From IMG/VR virus record IMGVR_UViG_3300042392_001542, positions 1 to 32,518 of that record: DNA of 32,518 bases. One strand, 5' to 3'. Under the pieces are notes generated by a model that saw only the letters and a program-made list of their open reading frames with translations, searched no databases and was not told the DNA's origin. Position numbers and translations under genes: made by a program. Positions 17,096-26,303 of this stretch are shown piece after piece; positions within the stretch are counted from its first letter, which is position 1, and every line of letters begins with the position of its first letter. The stretch comes from a virus. Lineage: Duplodnaviria; Caudoviricetes.

Positions 17096-17904
17096 CAATA
17101 GAAAAAGTATTGAAGAAAGAACCGAAGAGATGGTTGATAAACTCAATCTTTTTTATAGTCATTACAACTATGCTAATCTTTTCTTTTACAGACTCCTCAA
17201 TAAATTGGATTAGGTTTAATACATTTTGGATTTCTTTAAGAAGCATAGCAAGAGGATTATCAAATATACAATTCGATTTTTTGCTAGGTCGAGGCGTTTA
17301 CGCATTTGAAGAGGGTGTCATATATCTAACAATAGAGACTTTGGCAATAGCATTTATCGCTACATTTTTAGGCGCAATACTTTCACTACCATTTAGTTTT
17401 TTAGCAAGTAAAAATATAGTTGGAAATAAGATTGCACGGTTTGGAGAAATACTTTTAATTTTAGTTAGGGTGTTTCCTGAAATAATACTTGCATTAATAC
17501 TTGTAAAAGGATTTGGAATAAATCCCTTAACCGGTGTTTTAGCAATAGGAATACACTCAATAGGTATGATAGGTAAACTATTTGCAGAGTCAATTGATAA
17601 CATGGACAAAGCCCCATTAGAAGCACTTGATGCAGTCGGTGCAAATATATGGGTTAAAATTAGATACGGGATTATGCCGCAAGTAATAGCAGAGTTTTCT
17701 TCTATTGCGCTTTATAGATTAGACATCAACGTTCGCTCAGCTACCGTGTTAGGTATAATTGGTGCGGGAGGAATTGGTGCTTCACTAATTCTTGCCAGCG
17801 AAAACTGGAACTGGGATATACTTGGAACTATACTATTAGCAATAGTGGTTATGGTTATATCAGTAGACGTAATATCTAGCTTCTTAAGGAATAAGTTAAT
17901 TTAA
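17092..17904 (+). CDS. phnE: phosphonate ABC transporter permease (second subunit)
   Basis: RVFPE, GKLFAE, EALDAVGA, LDINVRSATVLGIIGAGGIG; ATGA overlap. Confidence 0.9.
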   Translation: MTIEKVLKKEPKRWLINSIFFIVITTMLIFSFTDSSINWIRFNTFWISLRSIARGLSNIQFDFLLGRGVYAFEEGVIYLTIETLAIAFIATFLGAILSLPFSFLASKNIVGNKIARFGEILLILVRVFPEIILALILVKGFGINPLTGVLAIGIHSIGMIGKLFAESIDNMDKAPLEALDAVGANIWVKIRYGIMPQVIAEFSSIALYRLDINVRSATVLGIIGAGGIGASLILASENWNWDILGTILLAIVVMVISVDVISSFLRNKLI

Positions 17905-17920
17905 TCTATTCTGTTAAAAT

Positions 17921-17949
17921 TAGACTTTTTCCTAAATGTTTGTTATAAT
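17921..17949 (+). promoter_or_regulatory. sigma-A promoter with extended -10
   Basis: TAGACT(17921-17926)-17 bp-TATAAT(17944-17949), TG at 17941-17942. Confidence 0.8.
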
Positions 17950-17981
17950 TATAGTATAGAAAAAAATAAAAGGAGTCAATA

Positions 17982-18491
17982 ATGACAGCAGAAGAAACTT
18001 ATAATTTATTTATTGAGTGTAGAGATGAGCTTATTGCACTTGGCTATGACCTACCAACAAATCTATCATTTAGTATGAACTATAACTCCGTATCAACAAT
18101 GGGGGTTTGCGTCAGAAGTGGAGATCGATATACTATTAAAATATCAAAATTTCACTGGGAAAATAATGGACCAGAAGAAGTTAGAAATACAATTATGCAT
18201 GAGTTATCTCACGCATTAGATCGAAATAAACATTCACACGACCACAACTGGATGCGGCTAGCTAGAGAGATATCTGTCAAAACTAACACCTCTATTAAAA
18301 TTTATGCTGAATCCACTGAAGGTGAAGAAGTCGCGGCTATGAACAGGGCTGTTGCTTATACAGATTGTCATAAGTGTAGTAATAGACATTATATATTTCG
18401 TAGGACAAAGGTATACAAAAAACAAGCAGAAGGCTACTACTGTAGTACATGCGGTGAAGATGCAAAACTTACTTTTGTAAAGCTTAAATGA
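17982..18491 (+). CDS. SprT-like zinc metalloprotease with C-terminal zinc ribbon
   Basis: TIMHELSH (HExxH), downstream HDHNW, CHKC...CSTC. Confidence 0.85.
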   Translation: MTAEETYNLFIECRDELIALGYDLPTNLSFSMNYNSVSTMGVCVRSGDRYTIKISKFHWENNGPEEVRNTIMHELSHALDRNKHSHDHNWMRLAREISVKTNTSIKIYAESTEGEEVAAMNRAVAYTDCHKCSNRHYIFRRTKVYKKQAEGYYCSTCGEDAKLTFVKLK

Positions 18492-18515
18492 ACTATCAAT
18501 TTTGGTTAGTAGAAA

Positions 18516-18544
18516 TTGACTTTTATTTTATTTTATGGTAAACT
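18516..18544 (+). promoter_or_regulatory. sigma-A promoter with extended -10
   Basis: TTGACT(18516-18521)-17 bp-TAAACT(18539-18544), TG at 18536-18537. Confidence 0.75.
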
Positions 18545-18636
18545 TATTATGTAAAAGAAAATACTTTTACTGCTAAAGGATAAGTAGAGCCCCTTATCAA
18601 ATAGCAAATATAAAAAAGAGAACAGGAGGAAAAAAG

Positions 18637-18924
18637 ATGGAAAAAATTACGCTAACAGCAAAGACAGCTTCCGTTATTAGTTTTTTACAAGCTAATCACG
18701 GCCAATACTTCGGTGACGAAATCGCTGCCGCAGTCGGTTTAAATCCACGAGGAATTCACGGTGTTCTGAATTCATTAGTGAAGAATGATTTGATCGAAAA
18801 GGTTGATACCGAAAGAACGATTTCTACAGACGGAGTCGATGTCGTCAAGGAATATAAAGCATATAACCTTACACCTAAAGGTGAGACATTCGACGTAGAC
18901 GCAGCGACAGTTGACGCTGAATAA
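18637..18924 (+). CDS. winged helix-turn-helix DNA-binding protein
   Basis: EIAAAVGLNPRGIHGVLNSLVKNDLI helix-turn-helix and YNLTPKG wing. Confidence 0.78.
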   Translation: MEKITLTAKTASVISFLQANHGQYFGDEIAAAVGLNPRGIHGVLNSLVKNDLIEKVDTERTISTDGVDVVKEYKAYNLTPKGETFDVDAATVDAE

Positions 18925-18978
18925 TATCAACAAAAAATATATAGGACAAACCTATAATTATTCTATGGAGGAATAACA

Positions 18979-19875
18979 ATGAACGCAGAAAAAGAATTAG
19001 CCAAACAAAACAGTTTTAAAATCGTAGGTGACTTAGTAGAAGTAAATTTAGAAAACAAAACTTCTGGTCGCACAGGTAAGGATTTTATCTCTGGAAAAAT
19101 CGTCATTAAATCATTAATTGACGGAAGACAACAACTTACCGAAGTCGAACTTTACTCTAATAAGTTCAAACAAGACGGAACAGGAAATAAGCTTTTTGAC
19201 ACGTATGCCAACTTAGGCGCGCTTTTAAATAAACGTGTTCGTGTATCTGGAGAATTAGGTGAAAGCCGTTTCTTCTCAACACAAAACTCGCAATTAGTTT
19301 CTACGGTTGTAAATCGTGGACGTTATGTTGCGGCAGCTGATACTGGCGAAAAAGATACAACAGATTTCTCATTTGCTGGTTATATCGTAAAACCACTTTA
19401 TGAAAAGAATTCTAAAGATGGTCAATTAGTTGCTTATGAAATGCTTGTAGCTCAAGCAAACTGGAATAACACTAAGCCAAACTTAGTTAAGTTTACGGTT
19501 GCTAAAGAAAACAAAACTGCTGTTACTGCAATTCAACGCTTATACGAAAAAGGTATGACCGTTAGTGTTCGTGGCAATATTTCAATTATCAATGAAGATG
19601 TTGAAGTTTCTGAAAAAACAGCTTTCGGTGAATCGACTCGTGTTTATCACAACACATATAAGAACTATCTTATTCAAACCGGTTCTCAACCATTAGACAA
19701 AGGCGCTTATTCGCCACAAGATATCTTAGAACTTACTCGTGCTTATGATGACGATGGCATTGCAATTCAAAATGCGGCCAAAGGTCAAGCTACAACTGGT
19801 AAAACAACCACAGGTGGTAAAACAACCACTGCAGCTCCAGCACCAGCAAAGACTCCAAGAACGTCTTTACTTTAA
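18979..19875 (+). CDS. putative single-stranded DNA-binding protein (tandem OB-fold-like; SPbeta YorF position)
   Basis: Two beta-rich repeats (KRVRVSGEL, MTVSVRGNI), flexible tail, strongly biased codons, first gene before the AAA/helicase module. Confidence 0.55.
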   Translation: MNAEKELAKQNSFKIVGDLVEVNLENKTSGRTGKDFISGKIVIKSLIDGRQQLTEVELYSNKFKQDGTGNKLFDTYANLGALLNKRVRVSGELGESRFFSTQNSQLVSTVVNRGRYVAAADTGEKDTTDFSFAGYIVKPLYEKNSKDGQLVAYEMLVAQANWNNTKPNLVKFTVAKENKTAVTAIQRLYEKGMTVSVRGNISIINEDVEVSEKTAFGESTRVYHNTYKNYLIQTGSQPLDKGAYSPQDILELTRAYDDDGIAIQNAAKGQATTGKTTTGGKTTTAAPAPAKTPRTSLL

Positions 19876-19884
19876 TCCAAACAC

Positions 19885-19915
19885 AAAAGGAGTCGTTAAT
19901 AAAGCGGCTCCTTTT
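19885..19915 (+). terminator. intrinsic terminator
   Basis: AAAAGGAGTCGT-N7-GCGGCTCCTTTT. Confidence 0.8.
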
Positions 19916-19939
19916 ACTAATTAACAGGAGAGTGAACAA

Positions 19940-20914
19940 ATGGATTTGACTAAATTAAAACCACATATTATTTCGGAAAGTCTTCATGATAAAATCTTTT
20001 TATTTTATGGTGAAGCAGGTACACGCAAAACAACAGTAGCCGCAGGATTCGAAGGTAGCTTATTAGCAGCTTTTGAAATCGGTTATAAGTTTATTGACGG
20101 TGTTCAAGCCCAGCCAATTCAAAGCTGGTCAGACTTCAAACAATTTTTAAGAGAATTAAAAAGAGATGAAGTTCGTTCTATTTATAAAACAATTATAGTC
20201 GATACAGTTACCTTAGCTTACAGCGCATGTATGGAATATGTCTTAGGACAATACGGCGTTACTGATGCTGGTGATCTTGGATTCGGTAAAGGTTGGAGAG
20301 CGATTCGTAAAGAATTTGAAAAATCAATACTATCTATTCCTCAAATGGGCTACGGGTTAGTCCTAATTGCACACGCAGACGAAATTGAAGAAAAGAACAA
20401 CATTAAATCAAAAGTAGATATCGATAAGCGTCCAGCCGCAATCATTAAAGGTTTAGCGGACTTTATTTTCTATGTTCGTAAAGAATATAAAGATAATACA
20501 GATGGCGCTTTAACTACTGAAAACCAAACAGTTTTTGCTTATAACCAATTAGTAGAAATTGAAACTAAAACACGTTCTCGTTATTTCTCAACAAGGTTTG
20601 AATTTACTTATGATAACCTTAAAGCAGAAATGAAGAAAGCAATTGAAGAACAAAAGAAAGTTGAAGGCATTGTAACTGTTCAAGAAAAAGAATACAGTTT
20701 ACATGAACTTCAAGAAGAAGATTTTGAACAATTAAGACTTGATGTAGTTAATCTTGCTAAAGAGCTTTTAGAAACAGATGCATTTCAAATTGTTGAACAA
20801 AAAATAATTACAATTATGGGTGCGGAAATTAAACTTAGCCAAGCAAGTAAAGTATACGAACCACAACTTAAAATACTTCAACAAGAACTTTTAGACATTA
20901 AAGTAAACCTTTAA
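19940..20914 (+). CDS. AAA_24 / Sak4-like P-loop ATPase (YorG-like)
   Basis: FYGEAGTRKTT, LLAAFEIGY, TIIVDTV Walker B, GFGKGW, LVLIAH. Confidence 0.78.
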   Translation: MDLTKLKPHIISESLHDKIFLFYGEAGTRKTTVAAGFEGSLLAAFEIGYKFIDGVQAQPIQSWSDFKQFLRELKRDEVRSIYKTIIVDTVTLAYSACMEYVLGQYGVTDAGDLGFGKGWRAIRKEFEKSILSIPQMGYGLVLIAHADEIEEKNNIKSKVDIDKRPAAIIKGLADFIFYVRKEYKDNTDGALTTENQTVFAYNQLVEIETKTRSRYFSTRFEFTYDNLKAEMKKAIEEQKKVEGIVTVQEKEYSLHELQEEDFEQLRLDVVNLAKELLETDAFQIVEQKIITIMGAEIKLSQASKVYEPQLKILQQELLDIKVNL

Positions 20915-21282
20915 TGACAAGGAAAGAATTAGAGCAATTGATTTGCGAGCTATACGGTGTAGACGCTATTAACTCAATGATTGATGCTCAAATTACTAAA
21001 TTCCAAAAACTGCACGGGTACTCTGAAAAAGATATTGCCCGTGCGGTTGCTTATTATGTTGAAGTACAAGGTCAGGTGCCTGACCGAAGAAAGGGCATAG
21101 GTATAGTTCCCTATGTCATGGAAGAAGCACAACGCTACTATAGCTCTCAAGCTATCGAACGTGCCCGCATAAAAGAAGAGGCACAAAAAATTACTCAAGG
21201 AGTCACTAAAGTTATAAAGGTGAAACCAAGAAAAAATAAACCTAGCAGTGGTAGGTATATAGTAGACATCGAGAATTTATAA
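20914..21282 (+). CDS. hypothetical replication-module protein (YorH position)
   Basis: TAATG coupling; GIGIVPYV motif; lies between the AAA ATPase and the helicase. Confidence 0.65.
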   Translation: MTRKELEQLICELYGVDAINSMIDAQITKFQKLHGYSEKDIARAVAYYVEVQGQVPDRRKGIGIVPYVMEEAQRYYSSQAIERARIKEEAQKITQGVTKVIKVKPRKNKPSSGRYIVDIENL

Positions 21283-21298
21283 CAGAAAGCAGAGGTGA

Positions 21299-22885
21299 GT
21301 GGTCGTGTCAAAAGCACTATTCGACAGAAATGCGGCCATGATGATTATCGCTGGGTTAATTAAAAATCCGGAGCTAGTCCATGACCAAGAAAATTTCAAA
21401 CTCACAACTAACGATTTTGATAATGAATTTTACAAAATAGTTTTTGGTGCAATCGCTAATATTGCGGCTGAAGGTTCACAAAACATTTCACCGCAAGATA
21501 TTGACCTTTACATTGGTCAATTTAATAAACAATATGAAGTATTTAAATCTGCTGGTGGATATGAATATCTTAGAGGGCTTCAACCCTTTATTGATAGTAT
21601 GGACTCTAGTAAGTTTAATTTTTACTATGAAAGATTAAAAAAGTTTACCGTTTTAAGAGACTTGCAAAAAGCAGGTATTGAAACCAAAGAATTCTATAAT
21701 CCAGAAGTAGACTTTATGCACCTTGACAAAGAAAGCGAAAAGCTTAACAACATTACAGTTGATGACATTGTCAAGACTATTTTAAAGAAAGTTAATAAGG
21801 TAGAAGATAGTTTCGTATCACGAGCTATTACTACAACTCAAAAGGCCGCATTAGGCATTCTTGAATTATATCAAGAATTAAAAGAAAGACCAGAAGTTGG
21901 TAAACCACTTGAAGGCGATATTTTCAATTACATTGTGCGCGGAGCTCGCTTCGGTAAAATGTATATAAATAGCGCTCCATCAGGTCACGGTAAAACTCGC
22001 TTCATGGTTGGCAATGCTTGTGCGATTTCACTACCAAGAATTGAAGGGGATAAAGTTGTCATTAGAGATGACTTAGCTCCTGTTTTGTTTGTAACTACAG
22101 AGCAACAAGCTGATGAAATACAAACACTAATTCTTGCTTATGTTAGTGGTGTTAATGAAAGAAAAATATTATATGGAAATGCTAATTTTGAAGAAGAGCA
22201 AAGGATATTACAAGCTATACAGTTAATTAAAAAATATGAAAATAACTTTATTATTGAAGTAATACCAGACCCTTCTATTGCATTAATTAGAGCTAAAATA
22301 ATTAAGCACATATTTCAAAATCATGTGCAGTTTATATTTTATGATTATATCTTTACCAGTCCTAGTTTACTTGTTGAATATCAACAAAGCAAGATTCGTG
22401 AAGACGTTGCACTTATGATGTTGTCAAATACATTAAAAGAAATTGCGGCACAATACGATGTCTTCGTTCAGTCAGCAACTCAGTTAAATGAGCGCTGGGA
22501 GCAAACTATGATTAGAAATGTTAACCATATTCGCGGTAGTAAGGCTATTGCTGATAAGGCTGACGTAGGTATGATTACAGTAAAACTTGAAGAAGTTCCT
22601 GAAGAAAAAGAAATCGTAGAACAATTATGTAAACACGCTGGTATTGAAATACCGAATGTGGTTACTGATATTTATAAAAATCGTCGTGGTGAACTAACTA
22701 GCGTAAAGCTATTTAGATACTTCGATTACGGTACTTGTAGAACACGAGACTTGTTCTTAACCGGTCTCAATCACAATATACTTAAAAACTATGATAAGAT
22801 TGAATACGATACAAAAGAATTTGACCTATTAGACATTATGACTCAACCTAAGAAAGATGGTGATGACGATGGCGAAATCAATTAG
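21299..22885 (+). CDS. dnaB: DnaB-like replicative helicase
   Basis: Walker A APSGHGKT, VTTEQ, FYDYI, SATQLN, IRGSKAIADKAD, KNRRG; GTG start after GAGGTG. Confidence 0.9.
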   Translation: MVVSKALFDRNAAMMIIAGLIKNPELVHDQENFKLTTNDFDNEFYKIVFGAIANIAAEGSQNISPQDIDLYIGQFNKQYEVFKSAGGYEYLRGLQPFIDSMDSSKFNFYYERLKKFTVLRDLQKAGIETKEFYNPEVDFMHLDKESEKLNNITVDDIVKTILKKVNKVEDSFVSRAITTTQKAALGILELYQELKERPEVGKPLEGDIFNYIVRGARFGKMYINSAPSGHGKTRFMVGNACAISLPRIEGDKVVIRDDLAPVLFVTTEQQADEIQTLILAYVSGVNERKILYGNANFEEEQRILQAIQLIKKYENNFIIEVIPDPSIALIRAKIIKHIFQNHVQFIFYDYIFTSPSLLVEYQQSKIREDVALMMLSNTLKEIAAQYDVFVQSATQLNERWEQTMIRNVNHIRGSKAIADKADVGMITVKLEEVPEEKEIVEQLCKHAGIEIPNVVTDIYKNRRGELTSVKLFRYFDYGTCRTRDLFLTGLNHNILKNYDKIEYDTKEFDLLDIMTQPKKDGDDDGEIN

Positions 22886-23939
22886 AGATTATCGCGAGAT
22901 GCTCTCGCCAGAAGACATTAAAAGAATTCTAAAAGACCATGGGGTTGAATCTGCTAGAGAAAATAATACTATGATTGTCTACTCAACGGTATGCCATAAT
23001 TCAACTCACGACCACGGAAGTGAGAAGTTATATTATTACAAAAAAAATAACATGTTTAAATGTTATACAGAGTGCAACGCAGTGTTTGATATCTTTGAAT
23101 TAATTATTAAAATGCGACGAATTGCAGGAGAAGAAATTTCTTTGCGTAAAGCAATACAATTATGTGGTATAGACAATAACGAAAGCATAGATGAAAATGA
23201 ATACTATGGAGTGCGGGAACAATTAGATTATTTATACGAAATAAACAATCACCCGGAAGATGATCCAACTATTTTAAAAGTATTATCTAAAGATATTATG
23301 AATAGATATGTGTTTGATTTAAACTATCTTACACCCTGGATTTCTGAATCAATTACTCCAGAAACTTTAGTTAAGTATGGTATAAAGTTTGATACAATAT
23401 CAAATGCCATTGTTATACCTTACTATACAGATAATAAAGAACTTGTCGGTGTGCGTGGTAGGTTTTTAAGCCCAGACGCAAAAGCAAAATATATGCCAGT
23501 GAAATATAACGGTGAGTATTTAGCTCATCCAACAAGTAAAATACTTTACGGTCTTGATGTTAATAAAAACGCAATACAACGATTACAAACAATAATACTA
23601 TTTGAAGGTGAGAAAAGCGTTATGAAGATGGATAGTCTTTATGGCGACAATAATATCTCAGTGGCTGTTTCAGGCCGCAACTTAAGCAAAGAACATGTGG
23701 CGCTACTTATGAAATATGGAGTGCAAAATATTATCCTTGGTTTTGATAGAGATTATAAATCACATAAAGAAATAGAGAAAGAATTAAATGAGTATATGGA
23801 AATCTTCAAGTACGCTAAGAACTTCTTCAACATAAGTATTATAATTGATTATGACTTTGTGCTAGAGCATAAAAATGCTCCGATAGATCAAGGTAAAGAA
23901 CTGTTCGAACAGCTAATGCTAAAAAGAATATACTTATAA
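22869..23939 (+). CDS. dnaG: DNA primase (zinc-binding domain + TOPRIM)
   Basis: VCHN...CYTEC zinc domain, VGVRGR, LYGL, LFEGEKS, GFDRD. Confidence 0.85.
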   Translation: MAKSIRDYREMLSPEDIKRILKDHGVESARENNTMIVYSTVCHNSTHDHGSEKLYYYKKNNMFKCYTECNAVFDIFELIIKMRRIAGEEISLRKAIQLCGIDNNESIDENEYYGVREQLDYLYEINNHPEDDPTILKVLSKDIMNRYVFDLNYLTPWISESITPETLVKYGIKFDTISNAIVIPYYTDNKELVGVRGRFLSPDAKAKYMPVKYNGEYLAHPTSKILYGLDVNKNAIQRLQTIILFEGEKSVMKMDSLYGDNNISVAVSGRNLSKEHVALLMKYGVQNIILGFDRDYKSHKEIEKELNEYMEIFKYAKNFFNISIIIDYDFVLEHKNAPIDQGKELFEQLMLKRIYL

Positions 23940-23947
23940 GGTGAATA

Positions 23948-25735
23948 ATGAATAAATTTAATTATAAATTAAAAGAGACACCCTTAAACCTCGATAGTAG
24001 CAATATTATCGAGGACTACTTAAGGTCTCTTGGAATTGAAAAGATCGAAAGCTTCTTGTCGGAACCGTCAATCTATGATGAAGAAAGCTATGAAAATCTT
24101 GAACGAGTACACGAATTAGTAGATACCTTGCATGAAGGTTTCACAACTAATCAAAAGTTTTTTATGCAGATTGACAGCGATGTAGACGGTTTTACATCTG
24201 CCTCAATATTTTATAGATACTTTAAAGACCTTTATCCTGCGGCACAAATTAAGTGCCGAGTGCATAATGGAAAAGAACACGGAATTGTAATGAATTCTGT
24301 GCCGCAAGATGCAAAATATATTATCATACCAGATGCCGGCTCAAATCAAATTGATGAGCAAAAAGAGCTTGTTCGTAAAGGTAAAAAGGTTTTAGTCATT
24401 GACCATCACTTAGTTGATACTTACGAAGAAGTTCCAGGCGCAATAGTTGTAAACAATCAACTTTCGCCAAAGTTTAAAAATAAGTTTCTTAGTGGTGCGG
24501 GTATGGTTTATAAAGTCATACAATGTTATAGCAAGAAATACGGTGATAATAAACATCATCAAGAATATATTGATTTAGCAGCGCTAGGGCTCATTTCTGA
24601 CATGATGGATACACGGGACCTAGACAATAACTTTCTCATCGCTACGGGCTTAAAAACCATTAAAAACGCCATGTTTAAAGCTTTACTAGTAAAACAATCT
24701 TATAGTGTTAGCTCAGTTGATCTTCCTAATAAAATTGACGTTGCTTTTTATATCACGCCCCTCATTAATGCGGTTATCCGTGTAGGCACTACAGAACAAA
24801 ATGAACAATTGTTTCAAGGTTTCACAGAATACAATCACGATGAAACTTATGAAAAACAATACAAGGGAAATGTAAGTTCAGAAACCTTCTATGAAATGAT
24901 TGCGAGAATGGCTTATAATATTCGTAATCAACAAAACAAAGAAAAAGAAAAATCAATGGACTTTATTCGAGGCATTATTGAACAAGATAAATTAGACCAA
25001 AACACAGTTGTTACGGTTATTAGTTCTCAAAATGATGATGTTACCGTTCCAAAAACAATGACTGGCTTAGTTGCAATGGACATTGTAAAGAATTATAAAA
25101 AACCCGCAATGTTATTAAGACCAAGAAATATTGATGGAGAAAATTACTTCTATGGCTCAGCTCGCGCTAATGTGCGACCAGGGTTCAAATCATTCAGAGA
25201 AGTACTTCAACAAAGTGGTTTAATTCATTTCGCAGAAGGTCATGATATGGCCTTTGGGGTTGGAGTTCATGAAGACGATTTAGAAAAATTAACAGCGTAC
25301 TTAAACGATAAATTAAAAGATATTGATTTTGGTACAGAAGAAATTGAAGTAGACGCAATTTTGCGCGGCAGAAGAATATCTCACGACATTCTTACAGACT
25401 TCGCCAAATATAACTACTTATATGGAATGGGAATACCACAACCAAAGTTTGCTTTTGAAATCTTTATTACAAGAGATATGATTAATCTTATTGGTAAAGA
25501 ACGCAATACAATGAAGTTTAATTATAACAATATTGAGTTTATTAAATTCAATGCTAAAGAAATTATACCAGAATTGTTTGCGGAAACAGAAGATGCCTTT
25601 GTGGATGTTAATCCAAAACTGCGTGTAAAGATTATTGGCAGAGCACAATATAATGAGTTCAATGGAACAAAAACACTTCAGATTATTATGGACAATTTCA
25701 ACTTTGAAAAGTCCGCTGAATCTGATTTAATTTAG
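23948..25735 (+). CDS. recJ: RecJ-like ssDNA exonuclease (DHH/DHHA1)
   Basis: DSDVDG, PDAG, IDHH, LSGAG, ISDMM, PLINA..R, GSAR, GHDMAFG. Confidence 0.9.
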   Translation: MNKFNYKLKETPLNLDSSNIIEDYLRSLGIEKIESFLSEPSIYDEESYENLERVHELVDTLHEGFTTNQKFFMQIDSDVDGFTSASIFYRYFKDLYPAAQIKCRVHNGKEHGIVMNSVPQDAKYIIIPDAGSNQIDEQKELVRKGKKVLVIDHHLVDTYEEVPGAIVVNNQLSPKFKNKFLSGAGMVYKVIQCYSKKYGDNKHHQEYIDLAALGLISDMMDTRDLDNNFLIATGLKTIKNAMFKALLVKQSYSVSSVDLPNKIDVAFYITPLINAVIRVGTTEQNEQLFQGFTEYNHDETYEKQYKGNVSSETFYEMIARMAYNIRNQQNKEKEKSMDFIRGIIEQDKLDQNTVVTVISSQNDDVTVPKTMTGLVAMDIVKNYKKPAMLLRPRNIDGENYFYGSARANVRPGFKSFREVLQQSGLIHFAEGHDMAFGVGVHEDDLEKLTAYLNDKLKDIDFGTEEIEVDAILRGRRISHDILTDFAKYNYLYGMGIPQPKFAFEIFITRDMINLIGKERNTMKFNYNNIEFIKFNAKEIIPELFAETEDAFVDVNPKLRVKIIGRAQYNEFNGTKTLQIIMDNFNFEKSAESDLI

Positions 25736-25744
25736 AGGTGAAAT

Positions 25745-26245
25745 ATGATTAATTGGAAATTAGATGAATTATTAAAAGTACAAATGGAAGTGCGCGACGA
25801 AGTAATGAAAAAGCTGAAAACGGCTCCTACTAAAGAAGACCACACTCTTGCTATGCATATTGAATTGTTTGAACTCTTCAATGAAATTGGAACTTGGAAA
25901 TGGTGGAAACATTCACACATCCCAAAGAAAGATAGAATTCTTGATGAGCTAGCAGACGTTATTGCTTTCTTCTTATCTTATATGCTTTTACTTGAACCAA
26001 CCAAACAGGCGCAAGCAGCGTTATGGATGGATGATAACTTTGAAAAGTTTATGGACCCAGAAATTGATGTAATTAGATTTGTATCTGAAAGCGTTACAGC
26101 TGGAACTCAACTTCCACCAATGGTGTTAATGCTAACTGGTTTGGCCGCAACAATTAAAACACTTAATTGTGAATGGACTGAAATCATTTATGCTTATAAC
26201 CAAAAGGCTAAAGTCAATATCGAACGACAAAGAAATAACTACTAA
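25745..26245 (+). CDS. dut: dimeric (all-alpha) dUTPase
   Basis: IELFELFNE, WKWWK, DELADVIAF, K...N..RQ..NY motifs of the dUTPase_2 family. Confidence 0.82.
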   Translation: MINWKLDELLKVQMEVRDEVMKKLKTAPTKEDHTLAMHIELFELFNEIGTWKWWKHSHIPKKDRILDELADVIAFFLSYMLLLEPTKQAQAALWMDDNFEKFMDPEIDVIRFVSESVTAGTQLPPMVLMLTGLAATIKTLNCEWTEIIYAYNQKAKVNIERQRNNY

Positions 26246-26246
26246 T

Positions 26247-26275
26247 TTGACTTTTATCTAAAGTCATGTTATAAT
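26247..26275 (+). promoter_or_regulatory. sigma-A promoter with extended -10 and an overlapping inverted repeat
   Basis: TTGACT(26247-26252)-17 bp-TATAAT(26270-26275); TGACTTT-N5-AAAGTCA at 26248-26266. Confidence 0.82.
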
Positions 26276-26303
26276 TATTGTATAAACTTAAAAGGAGAAA
26301 AAA

